From positions 1 to 64,000 of the IMG/VR virus record IMGVR_UViG_3300032240_001151: a DNA stretch of 64,000 nucleotides; one strand, given 5' to 3'. Below the pieces are notes generated by a model. The model saw only the letters and a program-made list of their open reading frames with translations, did not search any database and had not been told where the DNA came from. The stretch comes from a virus. The position numbers and the translations under genes are program-made. Every line of letters begins with the position of its first letter. Position 1 is the first letter of the stretch. This document shows, in pieces, positions 1-8,307 of the stretch.

Positions 1-139
1 CTCTTCCGATCTCATTGTCTGGGTTTACTTTACTACATCCAATGATAGGAGTGTGAGTGAAAGCAATTCTAATCTCTGGGAAGTGGCTACTGAGTAGCTG
101 ACGATAATAACCTTTTGGAGGATTCATGTTTGTTGATTT

Positions 140-430
140 TTATTTTATGTTATTAAATTCTGGATGTCCTAATGCTTTACGTGCTGCTTCTATTCCATAT
201 TGCTGGGCGCAGATCCTGCAACAAAAGTACCCTATACCATCGTACGTATACTTACTAGCAGACTTTTTATATCCCTCAGAACCGGGAAACCACCAAGTAG
301 ATCTCAGCAGTATAGTCTTATTACAATTCATGCACTTAGGCCTAAGTTCTTTACTTGGCCTAGCATCTAAGAAAGGTTCATGGTCTACGTTTATGTAGAC
401 TGGTTTGTGATCTTGTTTTTTCTCTTTCAT
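140..430 (-). CDS. hypothetical protein, possible Zn finger
   Basis: CMNC...CCRIC cysteine pairs; part of the minus-strand gene run. Confidence 0.6.
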   Translation of the reverse strand: MKEKKQDHKPVYINVDHEPFLDARPSKELRPKCMNCNKTILLRSTWWFPGSEGYKKSASKYTYDGIGYFCCRICAQQYGIEAARKALGHPEFNNIK

Positions 431-431
431 T

Positions 432-713
432 TTATTTTAATTTACAGATTGGATAATTGATGCCAAACTCTTCTATATAGGTAAGAGGACTTTCTACTAT
501 ACCATTGTCCATTAAGAACTCTAACATCCCAGAATTATGTGCTTGAGTTTTAACAGCCACATAATTTTGTAAATGGTTTAAACTAGGAATACTTTCTGTA
601 ACTACGCTAATTGGCATACATGTCTCAGAATCATATATCTGAATTCTGTTAGGAGTTATTGAGGTGATTACTTTTATAGTAACCTTCTTTCCTTTAAAGT
701 CGTACACTTTCAT
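432..713 (-). CDS. hypothetical protein
   Basis: ORF abutting 140..430, A-rich leader. Confidence 0.65.
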   Translation of the reverse strand: MKVYDFKGKKVTIKVITSITPNRIQIYDSETCMPISVVTESIPSLNHLQNYVAVKTQAHNSGMLEFLMDNGIVESPLTYIEEFGINYPICKLK

Positions 714-844
714 ACCTTTTGTTTTTTTGTTTTACAATAAGGACACACAGCCAAAGACTTTTTCTTTTTGTATATAGTCTGGGTGTATATCTTTTTACAA
801 TTGTCACACTTAATAAACTTAGCTGTTACCATACCCTTTAAATT

Positions 845-880
845 AAAAGGGGGAGCATAAAAGCATCCCCCTTTGTTTTT
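845..880. terminator. intrinsic terminator-like hairpin, possibly bidirectional
   Basis: aaaaggggga...tccccctttg stem with flanking A- and T-runs. Confidence 0.55.
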
Positions 881-898
881 ACTAGAATGGTTGTCTGA

Positions 899-1192
899 CT
901 AGAACAACTCTTCCTTTAAGGCTATCAGTCTCTGCAAACCATCTTCAAGGCCTTCGATCCTGACTTGTGCATCCACAATGTACTGAGGAGTAAGTGGGAA
1001 GCTAGACTTGTACCTAGCCAATGTAGCCCTCTCACTTGCTAGTGATCGCTTCGTGGCGAGAATATCCGCCTCTAACGATTGTTGCATTTCCTCTACTCTG
1101 AACTCCACTTCTTGAAGTTCTTTTTCCTGAGATGATTGAAGGAGAAGATCTCTGTACTTCAATGCTGCTGCCGGCGATTTTACTTTTGCCAT
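899..1192 (-). CDS. coiled-coil hypothetical protein overlapping the 3' end of the upstream gene
   Basis: Helical E/Q/L-rich protein; its stop is followed by a terminator-like hairpin. Confidence 0.7.
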   Translation of the reverse strand: MAKVKSPAAALKYRDLLLQSSQEKELQEVEFRVEEMQQSLEADILATKRSLASERATLARYKSSFPLTPQYIVDAQVRIEGLEDGLQRLIALKEELF

Positions 1193-1895
1193 GGTCTGTG
1201 GTGTTCAGTGCCGCTGTCCCCCGGTTTGTTGTTATTGTTGTTTGATAATACTCTGCTAATACAAATGCCTTCATTGGAATCCATCCATAACGACGAATAT
1301 AAAAGCTATCTTCTTTATGATCATTATCTATATCAATAGACTCAACTTCTACATCTTCTCCTAGTGGAGGAAGTTCATCTAGCTCTCCAATACCCTCCCA
1401 TTCCCACACTTCTACATTTCTCCATCTACGAACAGTGTCACCTCTTTCAAACGTATCATACTTAGGATGAACCTTCTCAGATTTTTCAGGTACTAGATCA
1501 AAGCATCCACCTTCTACAGAATAATTGGTTCCTTTAGCATCTTCAACCTTAATAAATCCATCATCAAGTAGTTTTACGACCTTTCCAATCCACCCTTCGA
1601 CTGTAGTCCCATACATTTTACTAGCCATTTCATTACCTACTACAGTATCTCCTACAGAAAACTTACTCTCTTTATAGTAGTATAGGTCACAGGGCCCATC
1701 AGTTCCATATCTGTAACAGTTACTATCAAGAACACTCCCATTAGATGATACCCAATCCACTCTACACCAACCCTTTTTTCCTGTATCAAAACCAATAACC
1801 TTCCCATATATAGAATTTCTATCTTGATCTCCATAATCCCAATCTCTACCTCTTACTACTTTGTCTCCTATTTGTGGTGATTTAACTATTTCCAT
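1032..1895 (-). CDS. MIB/HERC2-domain protein with further SH3-like modules
   Basis: N-terminal GDKVVRGRDWDYGDQD...G.V...WCRVDW...NCYRYG.DG..DL matches the Mib_herc2 pattern. Confidence 0.7.
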   Translation of the reverse strand: MEIVKSPQIGDKVVRGRDWDYGDQDRNSIYGKVIGFDTGKKGWCRVDWVSSNGSVLDSNCYRYGTDGPCDLYYYKESKFSVGDTVVGNEMASKMYGTTVEGWIGKVVKLLDDGFIKVEDAKGTNYSVEGGCFDLVPEKSEKVHPKYDTFERGDTVRRWRNVEVWEWEGIGELDELPPLGEDVEVESIDIDNDHKEDSFYIRRYGWIPMKAFVLAEYYQTTITTNRGTAALNTTDHGKSKIAGSSIEVQRSSPSIISGKRTSRSGVQSRGNATIVRGGYSRHEAITSK

Positions 1896-1896
1896 A

Positions 1897-2199
1897 CTAT
1901 TTTAATTTTTTAGATTTCTTATTAAGTAGTACTCCAAGAAGCTTAAGCTCCTTATCTAATACAGAATGAGGTATGAGATCTGTGTAAGTTTCCCTAACAA
2001 AATCAATATCATCCGCTAACACAATGCTCTCAGCTCTACTAGTGGAGTTATGTATATCATCTCTTAAATCATTACAGGCATTGTAGAAGCTAATAAGATG
2101 TTCATCTTGTCTTTTTCTACTTGTATGTAATACTACTAAAGGAAGTATAGATAAAACCGCGATCAAAAGAAGCATACCCAATATAAATTTGTGTTCCAT
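1897..2199 (-). CDS. membrane-anchored hypothetical protein
   Basis: N-terminal hydrophobic helix. Confidence 0.65.
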   Translation of the reverse strand: MEHKFILGMLLLIAVLSILPLVVLHTSRKRQDEHLISFYNACNDLRDDIHNSTSRAESIVLADDIDFVRETYTDLIPHSVLDKELKLLGVLLNKKSKKLK

Positions 2200-2205
2200 T
2201 ATATA

Positions 2206-2388
2206 CTATTTAGATTGTTCAGAATTGTTTTCCCATTTTTCTAGTAACTTGATAGCTACCTTGAATCTGTCAGCATCATAGATAACCTGATCTATGAATC
2301 TTTGTACTAATTTCTTTCTTTCTATCTCTGATAGATCTCTGAAGTCCTCTGCTTTAATTTCTTCATAATGATTTAAAACATTTTCCAT
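2206..2388 (-). CDS. hypothetical protein
   Basis: In-operon small ORF. Confidence 0.6.
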   Translation of the reverse strand: MENVLNHYEEIKAEDFRDLSEIERKKLVQRFIDQVIYDADRFKVAIKLLEKWENNSEQSK

Positions 2389-2459
2389 ACTATAATTTTT
2401 AATTTATTACTTAATAAAAATCCCACCCATAAAAATGGGCGGGCTGTTCTTAACCACAA

Positions 2460-2684
2460 TTACCACATGAGGTTCTGCAATTCTAATAACTTCTCTCGGA
2501 TAGCTCTCTTAGAAACTCTCTCTGAGTAGTCAAACTCTACAGACTCTCCATCCTCATTGGTCACCGTCACTGTTACTCCGTAGTTGCAAGGATCCTCATA
2601 CAACTCACTGACAGTTCTCTGCACATTCTCTATCGGAGAATAGTGCGACGTTGGTCTGTTAGACCATTGGACTTTTAATAGCAT
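2460..2684 (-). CDS. hypothetical protein
   Basis: ORF followed by a terminator-like hairpin (cccacccat/atgggcggg, ~2416-2445). Confidence 0.6.
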   Translation of the reverse strand: MLLKVQWSNRPTSHYSPIENVQRTVSELYEDPCNYGVTVTVTNEDGESVEFDYSERVSKRAIREKLLELQNLMW

Positions 2685-2835
2685 AAGCGTGGTGGTGTTA
2701 TACTCTTATGACCTGAGTTTTAAATATATATGCCATTCTTTAGCCGGTAATGAACACCGCCTCTGCAATCTCTTTTTGTCGCTGCACACGATACCATCGT
2801 GGTTAACAGTAGGAATACGATAATCTTTTTCATAA

Positions 2836-3117
2836 CTACATTTTATTTATTATTTTTTTAGCCTGTATTAAAGTGATTTCTTTATCAATAAAGCACTCAA
2901 TAGTTTTAAACAATTGTTTTTCACACTCGTCTTTAAGTAACATCTCACCATCATTATTAAACATATTGTCTACTATCTGCTTTCCTAAAGCCTCTCTAAA
3001 TATACTAATGTCTTCTGATCCTTCAAACTCCCTAGACATCAAGCCCATAATACCTGAGATGAACAAAGCTCTTTGTCTGTGAAGCTTTGCATACTCTAAT
3101 AACATTTTTTCTATCAT
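2836..3117 (-). CDS. hypothetical protein
   Basis: In-operon ORF, A-rich leader. Confidence 0.6.
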   Translation of the reverse strand: MIEKMLLEYAKLHRQRALFISGIMGLMSREFEGSEDISIFREALGKQIVDNMFNNDGEMLLKDECEKQLFKTIECFIDKEITLIQAKKIINKM

Positions 3118-3135
3118 AACCTTTGTTTTTAATTT

Positions 3136-3372
3136 TTAAACTGGATCTGCTTGAAATACTTCGTCGTTTACATTTTTAAATCTAACCTTCTGAGGCTTTA
3201 TATGACATGAACCTCTCTTCATTTTAAGGTTTGCTATTCTTATTATGTCATACAATTGTCCCGTACCTATGCCTAACTTCTTAGCAGCATCCCCCATATT
3301 AACAGAGGAGTTGACAGCCTTAATAGCTAAACAAGCTTTGTGGTATTCAAGATTTAGAATTTCATTATCCAT
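3136..3372 (-). CDS. putative HTH (Fis-like) DNA-binding protein
   Basis: NMGDAAKKLGIGTGQLYDII resembles a Fis-type HTH. Confidence 0.55.
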   Translation of the reverse strand: MDNEILNLEYHKACLAIKAVNSSVNMGDAAKKLGIGTGQLYDIIRIANLKMKRGSCHIKPQKVRFKNVNDEVFQADPV

Positions 3373-3384
3373 AAATGTAAGATA

Positions 3385-3672
3385 TTATTTCTCAATTATA
3401 ATATTTTCTAACATACCTGAATGCTTAAGAGCTATGATGTCATCAATGTTATACACTATTGAATGAGTAACACCATTCATCTTAAGTGTATCTCCTACAC
3501 GATAGATACCTTGCTCAACAGTGTTCAGTCTAACAAAGTTAACCTGATTGGTTTCTAGTTCCCTAACTCTAACTGCCTTACGAGTCTCTATATGTCCTGA
3601 TCCTGAGTCGTTACCACAAGATACAAGAACTACTGATGCTAACATACTGAATACAAACATTACTTTTTTCAT
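3385..3672 (-). CDS. lipoprotein
   Basis: MKK-hydrophobic-LVSC lipobox. Confidence 0.7.
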   Translation of the reverse strand: MKKVMFVFSMLASVVLVSCGNDSGSGHIETRKAVRVRELETNQVNFVRLNTVEQGIYRVGDTLKMNGVTHSIVYNIDDIIALKHSGMLENIIIEK

Positions 3673-3770
3673 GACGTTGTTTTTATTTTATTTAAAATTG
3701 ATTGGTAAGATAATTAAAAAAGGGGGAAGTAGAAACAACCCCCGTATAACCAAATGCTAACTGCCATATT

Positions 3771-4217
3771 TTAAAGCCATCCCTCTTCAGAGAAGGATCT
3801 ATATCCCTCAGAGGTAATGATGATGTGGTCAAGTATTTCTATGTCTAACATTTTACCTCCACTAACTAACTTATCTGTGATATCTCTATCACTTCTAGAA
3901 GCTTCAAGAGCTCCTGATGGGTGGTTGTGACTAAGGATTAAACGACTAGCATTACATAGCAAGGCAAACTGAAAGATTACTTTAGGGTCAGATACTGTGC
4001 CGGATACCCCTCCGCTACTAATCTTATAGAACCCAATCACCTTGTTATTTTTATTCAATGCTATTACAATGAACTCTTCTCGCCAATCTATTATGTCTGC
4101 TTCAAAGCATCTCCTACATATAGCAGCTGCGGATTCAGGACTATTAACGGGAAACATCTCTTCAAAAGATCCCTTCTTCTTAAGGGATATCTTGAACTCA
4201 GGTAAAAGATTCTTCAT
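3771..4217 (-). CDS. radC: RadC-like JAB domain protein
   Basis: E...HNHPSG...S..D...LDHII JAB motif. Confidence 0.9.
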   Translation of the reverse strand: MKNLLPEFKISLKKKGSFEEMFPVNSPESAAAICRRCFEADIIDWREEFIVIALNKNNKVIGFYKISSGGVSGTVSDPKVIFQFALLCNASRLILSHNHPSGALEASRSDRDITDKLVSGGKMLDIEILDHIIITSEGYRSFSEEGWL

Positions 4218-4497
4218 CGCATAATGAATTGAAAGATTAAAGATATGATACTAAGAACAATAACAATACAGGCGAATGTTATAGTTACTGCGAACGATAA
4301 CTCTTCTTTTTCTTGCCAGTCTTTGTTTCTCATTAGAATGTGTTTTTCTTTTTTCTTTTGATTATAAACTCAATTACTATAGGACCAACAAACAATATGA
4401 AATTGGTATTGCTGTCGTTCAATCCTATACCTAAGACGAAACCCTTTACCAAATTAACTTCGAAGTACTTGTTTTTGATTAACTCTTTCATGATGGT

Positions 4498-4824
4498 TTA
4501 TTTGATTTGTGAATAAATTGTGGGATGATTCTCTTTCAGATAGGTATACTTAACTTCCCTAAAGAAATCATATATCCATTCAGACCTAGAGTAGGTAGCA
4601 ATGTCTATGTCTTCATCCTTAATAGGAATGCTAAACCATATCTGACTCTTCTGGGAGTTCTTAAACATGAAGCACATATTTTCCCTACCCGTATACTGAA
4701 ACCACATAGGAGATTCAGATAAGCTACTACCCATAAGCTTATATACAGTAGCGTGGTAGTCTATCAACTCTTTGAACTCCTCAACATAGGAGGAGAGTAA
4801 TTCCTTTACTGTTTCTTCTGTCAT
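4498..4824 (-). CDS. hypothetical protein
   Basis: In-operon ORF. Confidence 0.6.
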   Translation of the reverse strand: MTEETVKELLSSYVEEFKELIDYHATVYKLMGSSLSESPMWFQYTGRENMCFMFKNSQKSQIWFSIPIKDEDIDIATYSRSEWIYDFFREVKYTYLKENHPTIYSQIK

Positions 4825-4835
4825 AACCTTATAAT

Positions 4836-5024
4836 TTATTTTACTTTATGTATTGGGTTATTACAATCACCACAATGGGTGTATACGCTTCCTAAATAGA
4901 CATGAGATTTTATGTACTCACATCCTCTAACCTTTTTAATCTCTGTTCCATCAATAATAACATTGTCATTTTGACAAGATGTAAATGCAATTGCAATGAC
5001 TAATACGCACAGTAACTTTTTCAT
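4836..5024 (-). CDS. small lipoprotein
   Basis: MKK-hydrophobic-FTSC lipobox; HCGDCNNPIH C-terminus. Confidence 0.65.
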   Translation of the reverse strand: MKKLLCVLVIAIAFTSCQNDNVIIDGTEIKKVRGCEYIKSHVYLGSVYTHCGDCNNPIHKVK

Positions 5025-5428
5025 AACCTTATAATTTTAACGTTAGATAATTTAGTACCATCATCTTTAGGGTTAACTAGCACATCAACCCTATTCCTAA
5101 ACCGTTTGTTCATAACATCCTCAACCCTATATATACCACTATACTTCCCAGCACCTACAATCCTAACCTTGTCCTTGAACTTAAACTTACGTCTAAGATC
5201 TCTACTAATAGCAATAACCTTATGACGCTTAGGGTTAACACTATCTAATTTAAACCCACTAGCCGTAACATAAGGACTACTATCTGTCTGTTCTACACAG
5301 GTAGAATAGGTGGTGAGGGTAACTGATGCTTCCACAAGAGGAGGTGGAAGGTCAAAAGGTTTATCATTTACATTTATACTACCCGATGATATCGGGGTAA
5401 GTATAAGCAAAGGTAGTAGCTTATTCAT
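5021..5428 (-). CDS. 3D-domain (MltA-like) cell-wall protein
   Basis: T.Y...TDSSPYVTASG...IAISRDL...VEDVM...RVDVL. Confidence 0.75.
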   Translation of the reverse strand: MNKLLPLLILTPISSGSINVNDKPFDLPPPLVEASVTLTTYSTCVEQTDSSPYVTASGFKLDSVNPKRHKVIAISRDLRRKFKFKDKVRIVGAGKYSGIYRVEDVMNKRFRNRVDVLVNPKDDGTKLSNVKIIRL

Positions 5429-5606
5429 CGTCTTTTACTATTACCTCTAGATTGTTATCATCAAACCTAAGCCCGACTACTTGCTGACCTTTCTCTTCAA
5501 CAAGTTCTAAAAACTGTCTTATCTCAAAGCATCTAGTAAAGATACCGCCTTTGGCTAGACCTCCATTGAAGTCCTCAGCCCAAAAGATTTTTTCATTGAA
5601 TGCCAT
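5421..5606 (-). CDS. hypothetical protein
   Basis: Small ORF translationally coupled to 5021..5428. Confidence 0.6.
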   Translation of the reverse strand: MAFNEKIFWAEDFNGGLAKGGIFTRCFEIRQFLELVEEKGQQVVGLRFDDNNLEVIVKDDE

Positions 5607-5939
5607 AACTAATAATTTAAAAGTAAATTGGACAGTGTGACTTATTCCTACTACCTAACTGCTTAGGGGTATAGTACTTGCAATTACCCACACGGGTAAC
5701 AGTATAGCAACTGCTAAACATAGCAGCTACTGTGATAAGAAGAGTGATTCTTTTCATAACCTTTATTTAAACTGTGAATGAAATAAAAAACGAAACATAC
5801 CTTCCTTCTATAAGACGTACCCATAAAGATAAGTACTCTAATGGGTGACCTTTTCTAACCATTACTTTAATCATAAGGCTATTATTTTGGATGATTGTAT
5901 TATATTTTATATATTAAGAAATCATTAATTACACTAATT

Positions 5940-5964
5940 ACCACAATGTCCCACAAATTACCAC
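5940..5964 (-). promoter_or_regulatory. MraZ-box-like triple direct repeat
   Basis: Minus strand GTGGT-AATTT-GTGGG-ACATT-GTGGT; exact 10 bp period (CCAC at 5941, 5951, 5961). Confidence 0.55.
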
Positions 5965-6079
5965 TGAAACACAAAACCCCCATAACATAGCTGTAAGGGG
6001 GAATAAGTGTAGGAAGGTAGGATATAGGCGTGAGGAGGGGAGGGAAGGCACATCTGCGTTTTCCGTTCACCTCTCAGAA

Positions 6080-6095
6080 TGTTTCACGTGGAACA
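6080..6095. promoter_or_regulatory. parS: parS (ParB/Spo0J binding site)
   Basis: TGTTTCACGTGGAACA matches the chromosomal parS consensus TGTTNCACGTGAAACA with one common variant position. Confidence 0.8.
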
Positions 6096-6099
6096 ATTA

Positions 6100-7170
6100 T
6101 ATATTGCTGACCGTCGGGCGTCGATCCTACACACGAAGTGCATCCCTCTTTTGAAGGGACGACCCAATGCAGTAACGTTCGGGTAGATGATTTCGGTGTA
6201 CCTACTACGTGGAAAGGGTAACGGTCAATAGTCAGACACTATGTTACCTACACGATAGAAAAAGTCACGCTAACCATCGGAGTTCCAAACTTGCATCGGG
6301 ATACCAATATCGGTCAGATTTTAAAGATTGAAAGAATGTCAACTGCCGTTTGATTAACATCACGACAAGTACAATCGGGAATAGACATTTATCCCGATAG
6401 TAATATTTTCTTTCAATTGTGCTCCTATTATACTTTTGCTACAGGTCGGCGGGAGACACGGGACTTTCACCCATCGCTTAACACGTTCCAAGTTTGCATG
6501 CAGGGACGAGGAAGTTTTTTCGCTTTAACTTCTTTCCTCTTAAAAGCGTGAGAAAATTACAGAGGTTTATGCCTTTTGTCCGGGGGCAACCCAATACCCA
6601 AGATTACTCTCGGATACCTCCTGACACTCTCATGCCAAGACGGTGCTGAAGTTTAACGGACTTGTGCTTCGGGATTGGTCGGAGTTCAAGGGACACCCTA
6701 CGACCTCGCTAATGATTACCATTACAGCGACCATACCATCTACTCACAAGAGCCTTCACCTCATCCCTTACGAACTCGCCCGCACCTTCCTTAGGGGTTC
6801 ACGGGTCCGCTACTCTACATGACCTCAGCCATATAGTTAGCCGTAAGGAACTGGATTTATCTCTCTTGCTTTGGGTTGACTCGGATTTGTGGTCCGACTG
6901 ATACAGTCATCTATCTACTCAACCTTACGGCTGTGATTACGGATAGACAATCAACACCTCGCACAAGACATATGTCAGACGTATATTTTTGTGTGCGCCC
7001 CTCCCACGTGAGGGTCACGGCTTACTCCGGACCGCGCCTTACTCGGTCATAGTGTTCACCAATGTAGAGACATAGTGAAGGTTTGCATGCCTGCTCTTCG
7101 GTTTGTTGCCTTAGAGGTCATTGGCATCGTTGCAGGGACTAAGCGACTTAGTTAGGTCGGGTATGCAATA
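6100..7170. ncRNA. putative large structured non-coding RNA (~1.1 kb), family unknown
   Basis: No ORF >=60 aa; GC clearly above the rest of the window; nested helices 6327-36/6408-17, 6839-48/6923-32, 6661-66/6745-50, 6374-80/6392-98, 6579-86/6607-14. Confidence 0.6.
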
Positions 7171-7171
7171 T

Positions 7172-7217
7172 TGGGCTCCCTTATGCGGAATCGAACCGCT
7201 TCGCCAGTTTAAGGGAA
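7172..7217 (-). ncRNA. minimal tRNA-like element (acceptor stem + T arm, no anticodon arm)
   Basis: Minus strand TTCCCTTA-AACTGGCGA-A-GCGG-TTCGATT-CCGC-A-TAAGGGAG-C-CCA. Confidence 0.65.
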
Positions 7218-7241
7218 GACATTCGGGATCGGGTGAGTCAC

Positions 7242-7808
7242 TTATTTGCCTGCAGTAATTTGCAGGGCTTTCTTAGCTGCTGCGAGTGCCTTACGCTCTG
7301 CAGAGATTTTTGCTTCTGCTTCTAGTATGTGCTTAGGAACAAGGCTCTCATAAAGTTCCTTTGCATCTTGGCGAGTGTACTTGAGATTAACCTTTACGGC
7401 TTTCTCAACTGCCATGAGATTGTTAGAGGCTACATCCACAGAGATGTTCTGTCCTTTGTGACCGAACGCCTTGGCAATGCCGAGGGCTATCTCATCCTTG
7501 CTTGACTTGTTGAAGGTCAACTCATCGGTAGTGAACCGAGAGTTAAGGATGATTTCAGTGATACCGAAGTTAACACTGCGAATTTTCTCAGCGAAAGTTT
7601 TACCCTTTGGAGTAAACTCACCCCTTACCTCTTTGTTGATAACAACTTGGATGCAAGGCTGTTTGTAAGATACAGAACACTTCTCAATGAGACTGCGTAC
7701 TGCGTTACCTATTGTTTCAGTCGGACGACCGATTGACAAATCTACGTTTCTAACTTGTGGCGTTAAAGAAGCATCTTTAAGCGACACGATTTGAATAGTT
7801 GCTTTCAT
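7242..7808 (-). CDS. basic hypothetical protein (probable start MKATIQ at 7808)
   Basis: Host-like codon usage; A-rich leader before ATG 7808; the longer start at 7928 overlaps the promoter. Confidence 0.7.
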   Translation of the reverse strand: MKATIQIVSLKDASLTPQVRNVDLSIGRPTETIGNAVRSLIEKCSVSYKQPCIQVVINKEVRGEFTPKGKTFAEKIRSVNFGITEIILNSRFTTDELTFNKSSKDEIALGIAKAFGHKGQNISVDVASNNLMAVEKAVKVNLKYTRQDAKELYESLVPKHILEAEAKISAERKALAAAKKALQITAGK

Positions 7809-7925
7809 TTTGATTAATTTTGAATTGTGGTGATGAATTTTGAACTTCATAGCGACCACCCGATACCCGTATGTCAAAGAACTTTTGAAAGTTCGTATGT
7901 GATTGGTTTGTTGCCGTTCACATAC

Positions 7926-8106
7926 CAAAGATAAGGAAAGAAGATGTTAACGAAACGTTAAACCATTAGATGTTAACGTAGTGTTAAACCCTAAACCCAT
8001 AACCCTGAAAGAACTCTGTAAGCAGTTTGTTGCTGATTACCCCACTAAGATAATAGCAGGTGGTGTTAAAGAAATGTTAAACATTTAGGTGTTAAGGAAA
8101 TGTTAA
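7926..8106 (-). promoter_or_regulatory. two tandem Bacteroidota-type promoters, each with two GTTAA-N6-GTTAA boxes
   Basis: TATCTTTG (7933-7926) and TATCTTAG (8052-8045); GTTAA at 7946/7957/7972/7983 and 8065/8076/8091/8102, same geometry offset by 119 bp. Confidence 0.7.
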
Positions 8107-8196
8107 ACTGGGCAGGATCCGGCAGGTTAGCGTTTATATCGACTCCCAAAATCTCACAAACTCAAATATATAAAAAATATATACATCTACCAAATC

Positions 8197-8307
8197 CTAC
8201 CCACTAAAACTACCCACTAAAACTACCCACCGGCCACCCTAATTTATGCACAACAAATACCCTTAACCTACCCCCCTAAGTCACCCCTCAAGTCACCCCC
8301 CTAAGTC
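8197..8307. repeat. C-rich tandem repeats
   Basis: CTACCCACTAAAA x2.6 (8197-8230) and CCCC(C)TAAGTCA-like x3 (8271-8307). Confidence 0.8.

Noticed and set aside
6100-7170. Group I/II intron, retron or DGR template
   Set aside because: No interrupted gene, no recognisable catalytic core motifs, and no reverse transcriptase in the window; not formally excluded without a covariance-model search
7172-7240. Canonical tRNA gene
   Set aside because: Only about 9-10 nt lie between the acceptor 5' strand and the T arm; no D stem or anticodon arm
7809-7928. N-terminal extension of ORF 7242..7928
   Set aside because: It overlaps the promoter element; ATG 7808 has the typical A-rich leader
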